A stretch of DNA of 64,000 nucleotides from NCBI GenBank assembly GCA_039815185.1, contig JBCBZT010000010.1, forward strand, positions 32,001 through 96,000, in the 5' to 3' direction. The translations under genes were made by a program, and so were the position numbers. Numbering within the stretch: position 1 is the first letter of the stretch; every line of letters begins with the position of its first letter. The notes beneath the pieces were generated by a model. The model did not search any database. It was given only the letters and a program-made list of their open reading frames with translations, and was not told where the DNA came from. The DNA comes from Cyanobacteria bacterium P01_A01_bin.123. GTDB lineage: Bacteria; Cyanobacteriota; Cyanobacteriia; Phormidesmidales; Phormidesmidaceae. Positions 42,057 through 51,084 of this stretch are shown one piece after another.

Positions 42057-42401
42057 CTAACCGTTAGCTCTGGTTTCCCCTAACAGTAATTCGCTTATAT
42101 CTCCTTTTACGCGGATACTTATTAACAATAGATATGAAGCCAGGAACATCGATCCGCCAACAAAAGCCAGTAAACCGAAGAAAATTCCAAGGGGCGAAAA
42201 ATGGTGTCGCCATATGAGCCAGAACGCAGAAAGTATCAGAACGAACAGGAAGTCGAGATCGAACTGTCCAGGCCATCCCATTGTGGCTATATCACCGAAA
42301 AATACTTCAAGTAATCCAAAACCATGATTGCTAATAACAATGGCTGTGTAGCTGAATATAAAAGTCACAACGGCAATCAAGAAACCGCGAAAGGCTACCA
42401 T
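42057..42401 (-). CDS. Small hypothetical membrane protein (3 TM)
   Basis: WPGQF.LDF motif; hydrophobic; RBS GAGG. Confidence 0.7.
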   Translation of the reverse strand: MVAFRGFLIAVVTFIFSYTAIVISNHGFGLLEVFFGDIATMGWPGQFDLDFLFVLILSAFWLIWRHHFSPLGIFFGLLAFVGGSMFLASYLLLISIRVKGDISELLLGETRANG

Positions 42402-42559
42402 GTTTTTCGCCTCAGTTAGATTAAGCTGTACATGTATGACGTGAAATTAATACACCGCCAGTAGATTCGGCAATTACCTATGAGGTAATTGACTGTTTGA
42501 CGCCAGGGCCGGGAGCCTGTGAAGCAGGTGTCCGTCATAACACTTTACTAGGTGCACAT

Positions 42560-42943
42560 TCAATACATTGGATTGCCGTTCTTTGTTTCAATTGGCACTT
42601 GTTGAATGGCATCCCAATGTTCGATGATCTTTCCGTCCGTATCGAATCGGAAGAAATCCATCGTGACGTATTCTTCATTGTCTGGCCAGGTCTGATGAGT
42701 GTGCAAAGCAACTAGATCCCCCTCGGCTACAGCACGCACGAACTCAATCTCTTTGCCAGGATATTGCACCGCCATTTCAGTGAAATAATCAATGAACGCC
42801 TGCTTCCCATCCCCAACTAAAGGATTATGTTGAATATAATCAACACCGACGTACATTTCGACCGCCTTGGTGGGATTACCCAAATACGCAGTGCGGTAGA
42901 AGGCAATGGCATTCTGTTTATTAGCTTCGCGTCTATCCTGCAT
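42560..42943 (-). CDS. SnoaL-like / NTF2-fold protein
   Basis: YIQHNP..DGK, AEGDLVALH and DFFRFD..GKIIEHWD. Confidence 0.88.
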   Translation of the reverse strand: MQDRREANKQNAIAFYRTAYLGNPTKAVEMYVGVDYIQHNPLVGDGKQAFIDYFTEMAVQYPGKEIEFVRAVAEGDLVALHTHQTWPDNEEYVTMDFFRFDTDGKIIEHWDAIQQVPIETKNGNPMY

Positions 42944-42954
42944 GTTGGCACTCT

Positions 42955-43280
42955 GGTAGAACTAAATCAGTATTGACGCATTGTAGTGGTGAATGAAATT
43001 GCACAGCAATCCGATGTGATTGCGCAGCGTCTTGGAAAAAGCCAGATTATGTCGGACAAAGCGTGAGACTCGCTGCCGTAAAGTGCAGTTGAAGCGCTCA
43101 ATATAGCTGGTTTTACCGCTCTCTTTGGTAACGACTCGATGTCGCTTTGATGGCAACACGGTTTGATAGCCTTGCCAGGCATCGGTATAGATGAGGGCAC
43201 ACTGACGATAGGCCTTGGGCAGGGCATTCCAGAGCTGTTGAGCACTGCCTTGGCCGCGGTCTCCGACATGAGCGCCACGT
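42955..43280 (-). mobile_element. 5'-truncated IS1-family transposase (InsB C-terminal part) with one terminal repeat; pseudogene
   Basis: The frame extends upstream of the listed ORF: GAHVGDRGQGSAQQLWNALPKAYRQCALIYTDAWQGYQTVLPSKRH...TSYIERFNCTLRQR; IS1-like end GGTAG at 42955; no insA or left end seen. Confidence 0.85.
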
Positions 43281-43339
43281 TGCTCGTCTTTGTTGACAAG
43301 ACTTTTTCTGAAACAATTGCGGAGCCGCTAAGCAACACT

Positions 43340-43681
43340 TCAATCGTCAGGTTGCTCCCTATTGGAACTGGTGGTTTGTTCTGTAATCCAGGCTAAATAG
43401 GGTGCAGATCCTTGAACGATTGGAAGCGCGATGATTTCAGGTACATCGTAGGAATGCAGAGTTTTGATCCGCACTTCAAGCGCTGAAAAGCGATCGAGAT
43501 TAGTTTTAATCACCAGTTGCCATTCTGCATCATGGTTGATCTTGCCCTGCCAAGTATAAATTGACTGAATCGGCATTAGGGCAACACAGGCGGCTAATTT
43601 TTCGGTAACGAGAACCTGGGCGATCGCGTTGGCCTCTGCCTTCGTCCCTGCGGTTACCAGTACAATGCCGTAATTGCCCAT
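43340..43681 (-). CDS. cutA: Divalent-cation tolerance protein CutA
   Basis: KLAACV, SIYTWQG and HSYDVPEIIA. Confidence 0.93.
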   Translation of the reverse strand: MGNYGIVLVTAGTKAEANAIAQVLVTEKLAACVALMPIQSIYTWQGKINHDAEWQLVIKTNLDRFSALEVRIKTLHSYDVPEIIALPIVQGSAPYLAWITEQTTSSNREQPDD

Positions 43682-43691
43682 GGGGTAATGA

Positions 43692-44642
43692 TCAGAAATC
43701 TGCCATAGACTTTAAAACATGATGATCGACAAACTGGGAGCGATCGAGGGTTTCTCGAGTGTGTTGCTGACTCCGAGGGGTTTGCCCGTTTGCCGCAGCA
43801 TAAAGGTAGGGACGAGCGGCAGCAGGCAAAATCGAATCTGTGAACTCAGCCCCATCAATTTGCGTATTGTCCAACCGTGCCTCACTCAGGTTCGCCCGAG
43901 TCAAATCGGCACGGCTGAGATTAGCCTGCCCCAGTTCTGCATTCGACAAGAAAGTTTGACTCAAATCAGCCCCGGTCAAATTGGCTTGGCGCAAACTCAC
44001 ACCGCGTAGAGTCGCATGGGTAAGTTTGGCAAAGGCCAAATTGGCCCCGTCTAAATTAGCGCCGTTAAGTTTGGCATCGCGCAAATTGACCCCCTGCAAA
44101 CTTAGACCCTGCAGATCCACGCCGTTCAAATAAGCGCCTTCTAAATTCACCTCGCTCAGCCGAGTTTTATCAAATTCAGCGCCACTGAGACGCGCACCAC
44201 GCAAGTTAGCCCACGACAAATTGGCTCCGGTTAAGTTGGCCCCCCGTAGGTTGACCCCCTGGAGGTTGGCACCACTGAGATTGGCGTGGCTGAGGTTGGC
44301 ATCGCGTAAGTTGGCATGGGCCAGATTGGCACCACTGAGTCGGGCTTCTGTTAGATTGGCCTTGACCAAAAATGCCCCCATCAGGAGGGCTTTGGTCAAA
44401 TCTGCTTGAATGAGCTGGCTACTGTTCATCTTGGTGTAGCTCAAGTCGGCCCAGTTGAGGCGAGTCTGATTCAGCATGGCTTTCGTTAGAAAAGCACGAC
44501 TGAGCTGAGCCCCGGTCAGGTTGGAGCGGGTCAAGTTAATTGAGACTAAAATTCGAGCACTCAAATCACTCCCTTCTAGGTGGATACCGATAAAATCCCG
44601 GTATCCCGATTCGTAGAGCTCAAGCATGTAGTTGAGATGCAT
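43692..44642 (-). CDS. Pentapeptide-repeat protein
   Basis: YESGYRDF N-cap followed by long A(N/D)L(S/T)G repeats. Confidence 0.92.
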   Translation of the reverse strand: MHLNYMLELYESGYRDFIGIHLEGSDLSARILVSINLTRSNLTGAQLSRAFLTKAMLNQTRLNWADLSYTKMNSSQLIQADLTKALLMGAFLVKANLTEARLSGANLAHANLRDANLSHANLSGANLQGVNLRGANLTGANLSWANLRGARLSGAEFDKTRLSEVNLEGAYLNGVDLQGLSLQGVNLRDAKLNGANLDGANLAFAKLTHATLRGVSLRQANLTGADLSQTFLSNAELGQANLSRADLTRANLSEARLDNTQIDGAEFTDSILPAAARPYLYAAANGQTPRSQQHTRETLDRSQFVDHHVLKSMADF

Positions 44643-44700
44643 AGCACAGCGGCGTTGCACAGCGGATTGAAAGGGTACATCCAACGGAAGGGCAAACACA

Positions 44701-44709
44701 AGTATCCCC
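44701..44709 (-). promoter_or_regulatory. Putative SigJ/SigF J-box (GGGGATACT)
   Basis: Near match to GGGaAtacT, about 60 nt upstream of the pentapeptide ATG. Confidence 0.4.
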
Positions 44710-45296
44710 TTAGGCTTGAAAAAACCTGCAATATGGTCAAGTAAGGCCTGCCCAAGTTTGGAGGTGCAGTTTTTACAGAAGGACAGCTCTAAATTTCAAG
44801 TTAGACTTGGCTGACTTCCTTACTAACCGTAGCGCTCTGCTACAAAACTGTGGAGTCACCGTTAAGTTGATTGACATTTTAGAGGGAAACTTAATCAGTT
44901 CAATAAAAAGTATTTATTAAAAAAATCTTAAATGACATTTATGTTTGGCTTGGGGGAAATTTAGTGGATCCCAAAATGGCAATATTAATCTGAAAAATTT
45001 TCCCTACGATCCTTTCGCAGAAGGATTTTTCAGGCTTTATTATAGATAAGTTATAGAAACATTAAGTTGGTTTAGGTGATATATTTCCGGAGAAATGGGT
45101 AACTCGGTGGAAGACTTTGGGCGCTAATTTCTTGATAGCTGATATAGGGTCTAGATGAAGTTATATCGGATCTAGATGAAGAAATTTGACGTAGCTTAGA
45201 ATACTTTGAGCATTCATTATTAATTGTCGTTACAGACGATACATAATTGTGTCTTAGGGCAGGGCTAAATATGACAATAACTGGACATAAAGCTTA

Positions 45297-45980
45297 ATGA
45301 TTCGAAGATTGGGATTGGGATTGCTGTGGCTGGGCTTGATTGCCTACGCATTTGGGTTGGCACCACCGGATCAGCCCGATACTGCTGTGCTGATTCAGCG
45401 CCTATCCACCGGGGACTGGGCCGATATCAATCCAGCCATTGTGGCGCTGTTTAACGTCATGGGAATTTGGCCGATGGTTTACGCTGGCGTTGCACTGGTG
45501 GATGGTCATCACCAAAAGGCATTGGCTTGGCCGTTTGTGGTGGGTTCCTTTGGGTTAGGGGCGTTTTTGCTGCTGCCTTATTTGATCTGGCGATCGCCGA
45601 ACCCGACCTTTTCAGGGGAAAAAAGCAAGCTCATCCAGCTGCTAGAGTCTCGTTGGTTGGGGATTGCATTGACCGTGGGCGCATCGGTGCTGTTGGTTTA
45701 CGGGGCTGTCACTGGAGACTGGGCAGATTTTGTGCAGCAGTGGCAGACTAGCCGCTTTATCCACGTGATGAGTTTAGATTTTTGCCTGTTGTGGTTATTG
45801 TTTCCCGCATTACTCGGAGACGATATGGCTCGACGGGGCATTCAAGATCAGCGCGTGTTTTGGAGCGTGACGCTAGTGCCGCTGTTGGGCGCGGCAGTTT
45901 ACTTAGCCCTGCGGTCGCCGTTAATCTCAGAGACTGAAGCGATTGCTAGCAAAGATGAAGCTGGTTATCTAGCCACCTGA
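45297..45980 (+). CDS. Conserved cyanobacterial membrane protein (DUF2834-like)
   Basis: LFNVMGIWP, FIHVMSLDF and DDMARRG; multi-TM. Confidence 0.7.
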   Translation: MIRRLGLGLLWLGLIAYAFGLAPPDQPDTAVLIQRLSTGDWADINPAIVALFNVMGIWPMVYAGVALVDGHHQKALAWPFVVGSFGLGAFLLLPYLIWRSPNPTFSGEKSKLIQLLESRWLGIALTVGASVLLVYGAVTGDWADFVQQWQTSRFIHVMSLDFCLLWLLFPALLGDDMARRGIQDQRVFWSVTLVPLLGAAVYLALRSPLISETEAIASKDEAGYLAT

Positions 45981-46094
45981 ATTTCTCAATGTCCTTACTC
46001 CTTTAATTTTGAGAGCATGGGGCTCAAAGCCTCTTAGGATTGAGGGTTACGCCAATATCCATCGCCCGGAAAATTATTTCCCCCACCTGAAGTA

Positions 46095-46103
46095 GGGAAT
46101 ACT
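46095..46103 (+). promoter_or_regulatory. Putative SigJ/SigF J-box (GGGAATACT)
   Basis: Exact match to the consensus, about 25 nt upstream of the CHAT ORF. Confidence 0.45.
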
Positions 46104-46128
46104 GCTGCTGGTCAGCGTCGGGCATAGT

Positions 46129-48162
46129 TTGGGAGATAGCGGTTTGAAAACTCAAAGCACAAGGGGGTGCCGTTTCCGTCTGGGACGGCTTAAGTTTGTG
46201 GCGATCGCGATCGCCGTTGCCATTGCCCTACCGCTCCTGTCCGGATTAGTCCTGGAACCTAGGAGCATTGAGCTGCCCCCTGTCAGCGCTCAAACAACTG
46301 TCAATGAGCCTTTGAGCCAGGGCGATCGCCAGTTTTTTGACCGTCAATATCAAGCTGCTGAAGCCAGCTACCGCCAAGCCCTAGAACAAATCCAGGCTCA
46401 GGGTGATCCTGATGGTCTGGAAGACCATATTGTTTCTCAATTGGCGAGAACCTACCTGCTGCTCAATCAATACGAGGCTGCCCTGCCCTTTTTGCAGCGT
46501 GATTTGGAACTGCAAGATGAGGATGGGTTTGGTACTGAACCGATTTTGAGCAATATCGGTCTGGCCTATTTTCATCTCGGTCGCTTTGCCGAGGCAGAAG
46601 CGTTACTGAAGGAGGCGATCGCGGGGTGGGAAGCCATTCGAGCCGGGGATGATCTGGACGCGATCGCAAAAATTACCCTATTTGAACAGCAGTCTTACAC
46701 CTACAACCTGCTGCAGCGGGTGCTCGTGGCCCAAAACAAAACCACCGAAGCTTTGGTGCTAGCCGAGCGGGGGCGAGCGCGAGCCTTAGTGGAACAGCTC
46801 GTGCAGCAACATGCTCAAACCCAGGTGCCGGTGCCTAGCTTGGCGGAGATGCAGCAAATTGCTCGAGAGCAGCAGGTTACGGTGGTCAATTACGCCGTGA
46901 TTGGCGATGGTCGTCGGGTGTTAGGCAATGAAATTGAAACCGAAACCGATTTATTCATTTGGGTGATGGCGCCAACGGGGGCGCTGTCGTTTCACCAGGT
47001 GCCATTGTGTCCTTTTTGGCAAAATATCTTTCGCGCTCAACCCACACAGCTTTCCCCGCTGGAAGATTTGGTGCGCCTAACGCGGGATGGCATGGGGGTG
47101 GGTGAACGGGGAATTGGGGTAGTTAACAGCGATCGCCGTTATCAAGGCGATTTCGCCTCTAATCCCTTGCCATTAGAGCAGCTCAATCAGATTTTGATTG
47201 CCCCGATCGCCGATGAACTGCCCCGTGACCCGACCGAGACGGTCGTCTTCATTCCTCAAGGGCCGTTGTTGTTGGTGCCGTTTGCCAGCCTGCAAGACGA
47301 GGCGGGGACGTATTTGGTTGAAAAACACGCGATCGCCATTTCCCCCTCGATCCAAGTTCTGGGGTTACATGCTCAAAGCCAGTTCCCCATCGATGCTGCC
47401 CAGTTAATTGTGGGCAACCCGATTACCATGCCCACAATTCCCCCCGACTCGCAGCTACCACCCCAAAGTTTGCCCCCCTTGCCCGGTGCGGAGCGGGAAG
47501 CCCAAGCTATCGGTGAGATTTTAGGCGCAGCCCCCCTGTTGGGCAGCGCGGCAACCGAAACTGCCGTGGTGCAGCAAATGCCTCAGCAGGCCATCATTCA
47601 TCTCGCCACCCATGGGTTGTTGAACCTAGACCCCAATCTCAATGAATTTGGTCTAACCACGGATCCCAACGCCCCGACTGCTCCCGATGCCAATGTATTT
47701 GTGACGCCCGGTGCAGTGATTGTGGGCGAGGGCGTTACCGTGGGCGGTGTTGATGCCAGCATAGCCTTGTCGCGCGAGCGGGTGGTGCGGGTAGACATGC
47801 CGGGTGTGTTGGCCTTAGCCCCCTCTGCAACTGATGATGGCTGGTTGACGGCAGCAGAAATTGCAGCCCTGGATCTAAATGCTGATTTAGTCGTCCTCAG
47901 CGCCTGCGACACCGGACGTGGCAGGATTACGGGTGATGGCGTTGTCGGTTTACCACGTGCTTTTCTGGCCGCAGGGGCCGAGAATGTAGTGGTCTCTCTC
48001 TGGCAGGTGCCCGACGCAGCCACGGCTGAGTTGATGGTGAGCTTTTACCAGCAGCTTACCCAAGGGCAAGATCAAGCTAATGCGCTACGAAACGCCATGC
48101 TGACTACCCAGGCGACCTATCCTGATCCGCGCAATTGGTCGGCATTTGTGCTGGTGCAATAG
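46129..48162 (+). CDS. TPR + CHAT (caspase-like) domain protein with N-terminal signal/TM segment
   Basis: TPRs; AERGRAR, HLATHG, LVVLSACDTG, VSLWQVPD and W.AF. Confidence 0.92.
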   Translation: MGDSGLKTQSTRGCRFRLGRLKFVAIAIAVAIALPLLSGLVLEPRSIELPPVSAQTTVNEPLSQGDRQFFDRQYQAAEASYRQALEQIQAQGDPDGLEDHIVSQLARTYLLLNQYEAALPFLQRDLELQDEDGFGTEPILSNIGLAYFHLGRFAEAEALLKEAIAGWEAIRAGDDLDAIAKITLFEQQSYTYNLLQRVLVAQNKTTEALVLAERGRARALVEQLVQQHAQTQVPVPSLAEMQQIAREQQVTVVNYAVIGDGRRVLGNEIETETDLFIWVMAPTGALSFHQVPLCPFWQNIFRAQPTQLSPLEDLVRLTRDGMGVGERGIGVVNSDRRYQGDFASNPLPLEQLNQILIAPIADELPRDPTETVVFIPQGPLLLVPFASLQDEAGTYLVEKHAIAISPSIQVLGLHAQSQFPIDAAQLIVGNPITMPTIPPDSQLPPQSLPPLPGAEREAQAIGEILGAAPLLGSAATETAVVQQMPQQAIIHLATHGLLNLDPNLNEFGLTTDPNAPTAPDANVFVTPGAVIVGEGVTVGGVDASIALSRERVVRVDMPGVLALAPSATDDGWLTAAEIAALDLNADLVVLSACDTGRGRITGDGVVGLPRAFLAAGAENVVVSLWQVPDAATAELMVSFYQQLTQGQDQANALRNAMLTTQATYPDPRNWSAFVLVQ

Positions 48163-48309
48163 AAATCATGGTGTGGTAATCGTCTACTGTCCAGCGCACT
48201 AACGTTGTCACCATCAGTTTGCTTTTCTCCTGATCTTCGGTTCGCAGACTGTGTGTTCCTAGCGTATCGTACCTGGCTAAGCCACTACACTTCAGACTGC
48301 TTGCGGCGG

Positions 48310-50247
48310 CTACCTTAACTGCTGATAACGTCCTAACGCCATCAACGGAAAGGTTTGATAGTAGAGGTGATAGCGAATGTAAAAATGACTGGGGAAACCC
48401 GTTCCGGTAAACTCAGCTTCTTCCCATTTGCCATCCCCTTGTTGAGTCTCAACCAGATACTGAATACCTTTTTGCAATGCCTTTTTAGCCGCCGCATCTA
48501 AACAAAAATCAGCGTCGAGTAAGCCCAACAATGCCCAAGCGGTTTGGGAAGCCGTGCTGGGACCTTGACCTTTCAAATTGGGATCGTCGTAGCTGCGGCA
48601 GGTTTCTCCCCAGCCACCGTCGGTGTTTTGACAACTCACTAACCAGGCGACGCCACGCTCAATTTGAGCCCGACAGCGATCCGGGGCAATCAGCGTTAGC
48701 GCTGAAAGAGCACCACTAGTGCCGTAGATGTAATTCACGCCCCAACGTCCGAACCAACTGCCATCGGCTTCTTGTTCCCGCAGCAAATAATCCAATCCTC
48801 TTGAGAGTCGATAGGGGGTTAGGTCTGCAGTGTATTGACTGACGAGTGTTTCATCCTGGGACAGGCGACCATGCATCTCCAACACGCGAGCTGTGATGTC
48901 AGCGGTGCTGGGATCGATCATGGCTTTAAGATCCCCGTAGGGAATGGCATTGAGCCAGTTTTGATCGTTGTCAATGTCGAAGGCTGCCCAACCGCCAGTC
49001 TTACACTGCATGGTGGCAATCCAGCGGACAGCACGGGCGATCGCGGCCTTTTTGACCGATTCATTGGGCAAGGTGATGTCTTGCAAAGCCATGGCAACCA
49101 CCGCTGTGTCGTCCATGTCGGGGTAAAAGCGGTTTTCAAATTCAAAGGCCCACCCCCCTGGTTTACCCTCGGGATTTTTCACCGCCCAATCACCGTAGTC
49201 GAGAATTTGCTTCTCCAATAGCCATTCCCCTGCCCGTACCAGTGCGGGATGATCTGAGACAAGGCCAGAATCAGTTAGGGCTCTGAGAGATAACGCCGTA
49301 TCCCACACGGGTGAAATGCAAGCCTGCACCCAGTAGGTCGCTTCGGTTTCAATGGCAAAATTGTCTACGGCCTGGAGACCCCGCTGCACAATCGGGTCAT
49401 GTACGTCATAGTCCAAAGCCCTCAATGCCAGCAGGGAGTTGAGCATGGCTGGAATAATGCCGCCCCAGTCACCGGAGGCTTCTTGCCGTTCGACAATCCA
49501 TTTCTCAGCCCGCTGGATGCCTGCCTGCCGAAACGGAATGAAGTCAATCGCCTCTGCGAATTTGAATGCCTTATCTATCCACAGAAAGATGTCGCTCCAG
49601 TCGCCGTTTTCAGGGAGTTCCCAGCGGACATTCTCGATCCCTTCTGCATAGAGTTCGTTGAGATCAAAGGCGGGATCAATCGCATAAACAGGCTTTTGGT
49701 CGAACACGATCAGCAGCGGCACCGTGCTGCCCCGTGCCCAGCTTGAAAGTCCATAGATGTTGACCGGGAAGGGATGGTCTAACAGCATTACCCAGGCGGG
49801 CAACGAGGGGAGCCCTTGCCAGTCATAGCAGCCGATTAATGCTAAATGAAACTTCGTGAAAATGCGGGTTTTACTAATGCCTCCCCGGCTCAGGATGAAA
49901 GCTTTAGCCTTGACCAAGGCTGGATCGGTTGCTGCAATACCCAGTAACCGCAACGCCATGTAAGCTTCCACAGAAGTGCTGAGGTCGCCGCCATCGCCGT
50001 AGAAGAGTTCCCAACCGCCATGGTTGCGTTGCTGCGATCGCAGGTAGTGTTCAATCTTATCCAGGGGGCGATCGCGATCGGTTCCCCAAATCTTATGCAG
50101 CAGCAAGATCTCAATGGTAATGGTGACATTAGACTCCAAATCTGCCCACCAATAACCGTCGGGGTTCTGAATCGAGAGCAGGTAGTTTTGCGCAGCTGCA
50201 ATGGCTTGATCGAGCCCAGTTAGCTGCTGTGATTTCGTCGTTTGCAT
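48310..50247 (-). CDS. shc: Squalene-hopene cyclase
   Basis: SPVWDT, catalytic YPDMDDTA, QW repeats and GTGFP. Confidence 0.96.
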   Translation of the reverse strand: MQTTKSQQLTGLDQAIAAAQNYLLSIQNPDGYWWADLESNVTITIEILLLHKIWGTDRDRPLDKIEHYLRSQQRNHGGWELFYGDGGDLSTSVEAYMALRLLGIAATDPALVKAKAFILSRGGISKTRIFTKFHLALIGCYDWQGLPSLPAWVMLLDHPFPVNIYGLSSWARGSTVPLLIVFDQKPVYAIDPAFDLNELYAEGIENVRWELPENGDWSDIFLWIDKAFKFAEAIDFIPFRQAGIQRAEKWIVERQEASGDWGGIIPAMLNSLLALRALDYDVHDPIVQRGLQAVDNFAIETEATYWVQACISPVWDTALSLRALTDSGLVSDHPALVRAGEWLLEKQILDYGDWAVKNPEGKPGGWAFEFENRFYPDMDDTAVVAMALQDITLPNESVKKAAIARAVRWIATMQCKTGGWAAFDIDNDQNWLNAIPYGDLKAMIDPSTADITARVLEMHGRLSQDETLVSQYTADLTPYRLSRGLDYLLREQEADGSWFGRWGVNYIYGTSGALSALTLIAPDRCRAQIERGVAWLVSCQNTDGGWGETCRSYDDPNLKGQGPSTASQTAWALLGLLDADFCLDAAAKKALQKGIQYLVETQQGDGKWEEAEFTGTGFPSHFYIRYHLYYQTFPLMALGRYQQLR

Positions 50248-50341
50248 CCGAGTCTCTTACACCAGATATGAATTCATTGAGGCAGCATAGTGCAAATTCT
50301 CGGTTGATGAAAGGCACAAATAGAGCGTATCGACTCAGACG

Positions 50342-50881
50342 TTAGCGCTCATCCCAACGAAACCGATAGAAAAAGTATTCATCCTGAAAGGCTTGATCAT
50401 CTAAAACATGGTGAATCCAGTTTTCATCAATCAGGCGCTGGCCAAGCTGGACGGCTTCTTTCCGAGAAATGCTGAGGTAGGACACTAGCCAATCAACGGC
50501 TTCACTACCCACAAAACACCGCCGATAGGTCTTCAAATGAAATTGCCGATCTTTGATTTGGATGCCGCCCACATTTCTCATTGCCGCGACCAATTGCTTT
50601 AAATCAAGAGCCACCAGAGAATTGACTTTTCGCACCGTTTTATCGTGATACCAGAGGGTAATGGTTTCACATTCTTCAACCAATACCGTGGCTTGGCCTT
50701 TCATATCTAAGAGTTTTTGTCGGGCCTGTTGAATCGCAGTCTGTCTATCTTCCCTGTTGTAGGTTTCGCCTTTGACATAAAACTTATGTTGATATTCCAG
50801 ACCTGGTATCTGGAGCGTGTTGTCAGCAGCATGACGGTTCAGGGTGCAATAGTTGACTTGTTCAGATTGCAGAATGAACAT
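50342..50881 (-). CDS. DEP-domain protein with uncharacterised cyanobacterial N-terminal domain
   Basis: IKDRQFHLKTYRRCFVGSEAVDWL...RKEAVQLGQRL...IHHV...F.D...FYRF. Confidence 0.85.
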   Translation of the reverse strand: MFILQSEQVNYCTLNRHAADNTLQIPGLEYQHKFYVKGETYNREDRQTAIQQARQKLLDMKGQATVLVEECETITLWYHDKTVRKVNSLVALDLKQLVAAMRNVGGIQIKDRQFHLKTYRRCFVGSEAVDWLVSYLSISRKEAVQLGQRLIDENWIHHVLDDQAFQDEYFFYRFRWDER

Positions 50882-51084
50882 GGGGGCCTCCAGGGGTTAA
50901 TGGGCTTTAATCAACCGCTTATTGGCGATGACGATCCCACTCTAGAGAGACAATCTGAAACCAAGCTGAATAGTTTCTTAAAGATGTTGCCTGTCAGCCT
51001 CAATATTCTCAAAGGAAAAATTAAGCCTTTATGCAGTGGATTGATCGCGTTTATTATGCTGTTTGATTAGCGTGAATAACTGCG

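Noticed and set aside
42967..43396. ORFs 42967-43338, 43113-43343 and 43163-43396
   Set aside because: Alternate frames of the IS1 remnant
44829..44843. NtcA site GTAGCGCTCTGCTAC
   Set aside because: Spacing is N9
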